From the NCBI GenBank assembly GCA_964485745.1, contig CAZAKO010000005.1, positions 1 through 43,902 of the forward strand: 43,902 nucleotides of DNA, read 5' to 3'. The position numbers and the translations under genes were made by a program. The notes below the pieces were generated by a model. The model had not been told where the DNA came from and made no database searches. It was given only the letters and a program-made list of their open reading frames with translations. This document shows positions 38,809 through 43,902 of the stretch, piece after piece. Source of the DNA: an uncultured bacterium. Lineage in GTDB: Bacteria > Fidelibacterota > UBA2242. Every line of letters starts with the position of its first letter. The first letter of the stretch is position 1.

Positions 38809-38853
38809 AGCATTAATGTCTGACTACGGGCAAACTTAACGGAGGATTCTTGC

Positions 38854-41250
38854 ATGCAATTTGGTTATTTTGACGACGCAAGCAGAGAGTATGTCATAGA
38901 GCAACCGGACACGCCGCGTTCGTGGAGCAATTATCTCGGCTCGACCGAATACGGCGCGATCATTACCAATAATGCCGGCGGCTACAGCTTTTTCCACTCC
39001 GCCGCACAGGGCCGCTTTACGCGGTTGCGTTTCAACACAATACCAATGGATCAACCGGGACGCTATTTTTATCTGCATGACCGGGATAAAAAAGATTATT
39101 GGTCGGCTGCCTGGCAGCCGGTGGGCAAACCGTTAAATCAATATCACACAATTTGCCGCCACGGCACAGCCTATACGATTATCGAATCCCTTTATGATCA
39201 AATCAAATGCGAGACTACTTACTTCGTCCCGCTGAATCGCTATTTTGAATTCTGGCGACTGAAAATTACCAATCAAGATAAAATCAAGCGCCACCTGCGG
39301 ATTTTTACGTTTGTCGAATATGCCAACAACTGGTATCTGTGGCAGGATCTGATTAACCTGCAGTATACCCAGTTTATTCTCCGTATGGATGTTATTGATA
39401 ATATCATAGACCACGGCATCAATGTGCAGCTCCCGGATAGCAGCGGCGATTTCCAGCATCATGACGGCAATCGGCATACTTTTTTAGGAATCATCGGTGC
39501 CAAACCCAGCGGCTTTGATACGGATCGGGACATTTTTTTAGGTAAATATCGCTCCTATCATAATCCCGAAGTGGTGGAAAAAGGTGAGTGCATCAACTCG
39601 CTGGCAGTTGGCGGCAATGGTTGTGGTGTTTTGCAGATAGATGTTAATCTGGCAGCTGGCGAATCCAAAGAGCTGGCGGTTTTTATGGGCATTGGCAAAG
39701 CAGCCGTCGAAGGTAAAAAGATTGCCCGGGAGTTCCGCGACTTGAATCAAGTGGAACAGGAATTTAACGCTTTAAAGCATTACTGGCACTCCCGGCTCGA
39801 GGGAATGCGGGTAAACACACCGGATGCCGAGTTTAACAGCATGACCAATGTCTGGAGCCCGTATAATTGTCTGATAACTTACAGCTGGTCACGCGCAGCC
39901 AGTATGGTCTACAGCGGCGAACGAGACGGTTTAGGATACCGCGATACAGTGCAGGATTTATTGGGTGTCTTACATTTGATTCCCGAAGAAGCAGGTAAGC
40001 GCTTAGAGCTGATGATTACCGGTCAGGTCGCATCCGGCGGCGCCATGCCGGTAGTCAAACCTTTTGCCCACAACCCCGGCCAGGAAATTCCTCCCAAAGA
40101 GGAAGAGTATCGCTCCGATGATTGCATGTGGCTGTTTAATACCATCCCGGCGTATGTTAAGGAAACCGGTGATATCGGATTTTTCGATAAGGTCCTGCCC
40201 TATGCCGACAAGGGTGAAGATACAGTCCTTGGTCATCTCAAACAAGCCATCGAATTTAACTTAGAACGGAGAGGACCGCATGGACTACCCTGTGGGCTGT
40301 ACGCCGATTGGAACGATTGCCTCGAACTCGGTCAGCACGGCGAAACCGTCTTTGTCGCTTTTCAACTGCGTTACGCCCTGAAAACCTACCGCGAGATTTG
40401 CGAGATGTTAAACCGTCCGGCGGAAGTGCAATGGGCTGCCGAACAGCTGCAAATCTTGGATAAGAACCTGCAAAAATATGCCTGGGACGGCGAATGGTAC
40501 CTGCGCGCCTATCGCTATGATGGCTTGAAGTACGGCTCCCATAGCGACAAAGAGGGCAGCCTCTGGCTGAATCCCCAATCCTGGTCGGTGATCAGCGGGC
40601 ATGCCTCACCAACCCGCGCCAAATCGGCAATGCAAGCCGTGAGAAATCGGTTAGCGACCGAGCAGGGTCTGATCATTGTCGATCCGCCATATGCCAAAAC
40701 CGACCCTCGGATCGTCAAAGCGCCGCTATTCAATCAGGGGATGAAGGAAAACGGCTCGGTCTTCTCCCATACGCAGGGTTGGGCAATCATTGCCGAAATA
40801 ATGTTGGGCAACGGTAATCAAGCCTATCAGTATTACCGCGCTTTCATGCCGGCTGCCTATAACAGAAAAGCCGAAATCCGCCAGATCGAGCCGTACGTTT
40901 ATTGTCAATTCACTCACAGCAAATATAGCCCCCGCCGCGGGGCTTCCCGCCTGCCCTGGCTGACCGGTGCCGCTGCCTGGTCATATTATACCGCCACTCA
41001 GTATATTCTTGGAATTCAGCCGGATTACAACGGACTGCGGATTGTCCCCTGTATTCCCGCCGATTGGCAGGAAATCAAGATCACCCGCCGCTTCAGACAG
41101 AAAAATTTTACTATCACAATCAATAATAAAAGCGGGGTTCAGCAGGGCGTCAAAGAAATCGTCGTCAATCAGCGTAAAATCGAGGGCAATCTGATACCAC
41201 TAAATATGATGGAAGCCGAGAATAAAGTGTTAGTAACAATGGGTGGATAA
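38854..41250 (+). CDS. GH94 inverting phosphorylase (cellodextrin/chitobiose phosphorylase group)
   Basis: GYFDD..REYVI..PDTP..W.NYLG, WSRAAS, GYRDTVQD, catalytic ADWNDCL, KENG..F.H, WLTG. Confidence 0.92.
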   Translation: MQFGYFDDASREYVIEQPDTPRSWSNYLGSTEYGAIITNNAGGYSFFHSAAQGRFTRLRFNTIPMDQPGRYFYLHDRDKKDYWSAAWQPVGKPLNQYHTICRHGTAYTIIESLYDQIKCETTYFVPLNRYFEFWRLKITNQDKIKRHLRIFTFVEYANNWYLWQDLINLQYTQFILRMDVIDNIIDHGINVQLPDSSGDFQHHDGNRHTFLGIIGAKPSGFDTDRDIFLGKYRSYHNPEVVEKGECINSLAVGGNGCGVLQIDVNLAAGESKELAVFMGIGKAAVEGKKIAREFRDLNQVEQEFNALKHYWHSRLEGMRVNTPDAEFNSMTNVWSPYNCLITYSWSRAASMVYSGERDGLGYRDTVQDLLGVLHLIPEEAGKRLELMITGQVASGGAMPVVKPFAHNPGQEIPPKEEEYRSDDCMWLFNTIPAYVKETGDIGFFDKVLPYADKGEDTVLGHLKQAIEFNLERRGPHGLPCGLYADWNDCLELGQHGETVFVAFQLRYALKTYREICEMLNRPAEVQWAAEQLQILDKNLQKYAWDGEWYLRAYRYDGLKYGSHSDKEGSLWLNPQSWSVISGHASPTRAKSAMQAVRNRLATEQGLIIVDPPYAKTDPRIVKAPLFNQGMKENGSVFSHTQGWAIIAEIMLGNGNQAYQYYRAFMPAAYNRKAEIRQIEPYVYCQFTHSKYSPRRGASRLPWLTGAAAWSYYTATQYILGIQPDYNGLRIVPCIPADWQEIKITRRFRQKNFTITINNKSGVQQGVKEIVVNQRKIEGNLIPLNMMEAENKVLVTMGG

Positions 41251-41266
41251 CGAATGTTTTATCCAC
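41243..41266. terminator. Hairpin between convergent GH94 and GH115 genes
   Basis: GTGGATAA-N8-TTATCCAC perfect 8-bp inverted repeat; no clear U-tract. Confidence 0.35.
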
Positions 41267-41283
41267 AATGTTGTAGCGAGTTC

Positions 41284-43902
41284 TTATTTATCAACCACAT
41301 ACTTACTTTCAACAGGACCTAAATAACTCGGTTTTAATCCTCCAGCATCAATCACAAATCTCTGGAATACTATCCCCGGGTCAACCATCCATATCTTTAG
41401 TGTATGTTTACCTTGTGAATTTACATGATGTGTTGAAATCCTGATTTTAATGTGATCTCCAACCGATTTCATCCACCAATCGGCATATTTATAATCTGGT
41501 ATTAGTTCGCCTTCGTTCATGTTAACGATTTGAGGTTTTTCGTCGTCGATAGCGATAGCAAATTTCAGCCCGCCCTGCTTTTTAAAATCCTGAGCGGGTG
41601 AAAGATAAGTATGGACGGTCAGATCACCAGCACTAAATACAGAAAAATCATATTCCACTGAAGGTGCATTAGAAATTGATTCCTGTCTTTCAGCATTTAC
41701 CGGTTCAATAATTATTGAAGAACCTGTTCTTCCAAGGTTAGGTACTACAGTCCAGAGTAAATCTTTTGTGTCAATTTTCCTGGTAAAATGACTTGCTTCG
41801 AATGCTATTGCTCCTTCGTTTTCGATAAACCCGGCTGCTTTAGGCATCTCATTTCGAATTGGAACCTGCACTGTATATTCTTTACCTGCGCCAGAAATAA
41901 GTATTTCACCTTTTATATCTCCTTTGGGGGCTTTATTCCAATCAATACTTACATATACTTTTTCATTGTACAGGGTGGTACCAGATTCTGAAGAGAGCTT
42001 TATCCAATTTTCTCTTGCCTTTATGGTGTAGTTTAATATTTCCTGACCACGGTTGACAATATCAATATAATAATTTTGATTATTGACGGGATCAAACACA
42101 GGCAATTCTTGACTGAATGACCAATCCGCCTCAACATCTAACCAACCCCATCGTGGAGTGGCTCCATATTCCAAAAAATATCCTAACTCTGCCGGCTTCT
42201 GAACCTGAACATAAGAAACAGCAGGCATCATATTTAAAGGCGGGTGATTCCAATACGTATAGCCAATGTGTGTTTGAGACATCATGTGATTCCACTTGCC
42301 GTTTTCCAGTTCATGATATTTTTGGGTGAGCAGTACATCTTTTTCAAATAACTCTTTTACTTTATCGGCATAGTAGTTTGCCGATGCTGCTCCACGAATA
42401 CCATAATATTTGTTTTTGCCAGCGGCAACATACATTTCGTTCAGGTTTGCACACATTTCAATCGGGGATTGAACCAGCTGATAATATGCCGTTTTATATT
42501 GTTCGGAAAGCTGTTCATACACCGAAGTACTTTTTTTCAATAATTGGGTCCACTCATCAACAATCCTGTCGGCTTCGCGGTAGTTTTCGACACTGTATGT
42601 GCTAGCAGTTAGCATTTCGGGAGTGCGACGTGCATTATATTTTGTGTAAAGTGAAAGCATTTCGGCAATTTCCTTAGCGTATTGGCCGCCAAATTGTTGC
42701 TTTGCCCAGTCAACATAGTAGTCTGGCAAATCTTTGGCCTGAACAGCTTCAGGATTCCATGCATAATCAAAGAAAAAGCTAATGGGTAATTCCATGGGCT
42801 TAATATCGCCAACATTGACAATCCATATTTCCTTCACTCCATGCTCGTAGGTTAGTTTCATCTGTTCCCATACTCGTTCAATCTGATTTACGTTTAACCA
42901 CCTGTATGAAATAGGTGCACCTACATAATCGAAATGATAATACATTCCATATTTAGTGGTATGGCTTAGGTCGGTTTTCTTAGGGAGATATCGGATATTA
43001 CCCCAATTATCGTCGCTAAACAGGACGGTAATATCATCATCCACTCGCATACCCTTGTCGTAATAATCCTGTACTTCCTTGTAAATAGCCCAAACCTGTG
43101 GCGTTTCATTGGCCGGTTTTCCGGTTACATCAGAAATAATTTTGCGTTGGTCTTTGATAATTGTTTTCAACAGATCAACCGCCGTTTCTTCCGACATTTC
43201 ATCATCACCATCGCCACGCATACCAACCGTTATTACTGATTCGTAATTTCCTACCCGTTCAAATCCGCCACGCCAAAATTCCTGTAGTTTTTCTTTATTA
43301 GTTATGTAATTCCATTCACCACCATTAAACAAACCCCATTCGTTATGGGCACGTGTCATCGGCTCGTGGTGCGATGTTCCCATTACAATGCCGTATTCAT
43401 CGGCAGTTTTGGGATTTAACGGATCATCAACATAAAACATGGTTGGAAGCCACATGGAAGGCCACATAAAATTGGCTTTGTTGCGCAAAAGCAGTTCAAA
43501 TATTTTTTCATAACATTTATGATTAGTTCCCCCAAACTTCTCTTTTGTCCAGTATCTGAATGCCGGAGATTCATCATTGATAAAAATGCCACGGTATTTA
43601 ACAGCAGGGCTGTTTGAGGTATAATTACAATTTTCAATGTAAATTTCAGCGTGCTTTTCCACTGGAACATCAGCCCACCAATACCAGGGTGAAACACCTA
43701 TCTTTTCTGAAAGAGTAAAAACCCCATACGCTGCACCACGCCGGTCGCTTCCAACAATAACCAGGGCTTGTTTTACACCCGGAAAAGGATTATCTATCGT
43801 TTTTATTATAAATCGCTCCCACTGGCTTAGGAGATTATCTATATTCAATTTCTTTTCTGCTACTAATTTTTCAATCAAAGGATTTTTACCTACTGTTGCA
43901 AC
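41284..43902 (-). CDS. GH115 alpha-glucuronidase-family glycoside hydrolase, 5' end outside window
   Basis: GSDRRG..YG, IGVSPWYWWADVP, KYRGIFINDE, MGTSHHEPM, GMRGDGD, YKEV, DDNWG, YYHFDYVG, NVGDIKPME. Frame is open to the window edge. Confidence 0.93.
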   Translation of the reverse strand, partial: VATVGKNPLIEKLVAEKKLNIDNLLSQWERFIIKTIDNPFPGVKQALVIVGSDRRGAAYGVFTLSEKIGVSPWYWWADVPVEKHAEIYIENCNYTSNSPAVKYRGIFINDESPAFRYWTKEKFGGTNHKCYEKIFELLLRNKANFMWPSMWLPTMFYVDDPLNPKTADEYGIVMGTSHHEPMTRAHNEWGLFNGGEWNYITNKEKLQEFWRGGFERVGNYESVITVGMRGDGDDEMSEETAVDLLKTIIKDQRKIISDVTGKPANETPQVWAIYKEVQDYYDKGMRVDDDITVLFSDDNWGNIRYLPKKTDLSHTTKYGMYYHFDYVGAPISYRWLNVNQIERVWEQMKLTYEHGVKEIWIVNVGDIKPMELPISFFFDYAWNPEAVQAKDLPDYYVDWAKQQFGGQYAKEIAEMLSLYTKYNARRTPEMLTASTYSVENYREADRIVDEWTQLLKKSTSVYEQLSEQYKTAYYQLVQSPIEMCANLNEMYVAAGKNKYYGIRGAASANYYADKVKELFEKDVLLTQKYHELENGKWNHMMSQTHIGYTYWNHPPLNMMPAVSYVQVQKPAELGYFLEYGATPRWGWLDVEADWSFSQELPVFDPVNNQNYYIDIVNRGQEILNYTIKARENWIKLSSESGTTLYNEKVYVSIDWNKAPKGDIKGEILISGAGKEYTVQVPIRNEMPKAAGFIENEGAIAFEASHFTRKIDTKDLLWTVVPNLGRTGSSIIIEPVNAERQESISNAPSVEYDFSVFSAGDLTVHTYLSPAQDFKKQGGLKFAIAIDDEKPQIVNMNEGELIPDYKYADWWMKSVGDHIKIRISTHHVNSQGKHTLKIWMVDPGIVFQRFVIDAGGLKPSYLGPVESKYVVDK

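Noticed and set aside
38854-41250. Firm call as chitobiose phosphorylase (chbP)
   Set aside because: Specificity cannot be fixed by eye; the motifs fit the cellodextrin phosphorylase group at least as well
8178-43697. Many 60-160 aa ORFs antisense to or inside recognised genes
   Set aside because: No motifs or RBS; fully overlapped by confident genes
1-43902. CRISPR array, IS element, prophage, rRNA
   Set aside because: No spaced direct repeats, transposase or phage genes, or rRNA-like sequence seen

Overview
Gene-dense chromosomal window, mostly minus strand, from a diderm bacterium. A secreted protein with a T9SS/FlgD-like C-terminal domain, DUF3098, and hrcA-grpE-dnaJ without dnaK suggest the FCB superphylum, possibly a Marinimicrobia-like lineage (inference). 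Housekeeping content: pcrA/uvrD (partial), mltG, a site-2 protease, MATE, gpsA, purM, an acyl-CoA ligase, tRNA-Leu(CAA), amrS, pta, coaD, rsmD, dnaJ, grpE, hrcA, ftsEX and glpK. The most interesting parts are: (1) a cryptic four-gene module, comEA / pilin-like / degenerate PilM / apparent PilN-PilO fusion, between dnaJ and rsmD; (2) a GPH transporter + GH130 + GH94 double-phosphorylase operon preceded by a ~210-nt self-complementary leader; (3) a lysoplasmalogenase-NfeD-SPFH-lipase-Na/Pi-glpK run that looks like lipid scavenging; (4) an OmpA/Pal-CpoB fusion lipoprotein; (5) enrichment of Bacteroidota-type D(S/T)X O-glycosylation sequons in exported proteins; (6) an AT-rich nucleotidyltransferase two-gene cassette. 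No CRISPR array, integrase or transposase was seen. All calls come from motif recognition by eye; no database searches were run.
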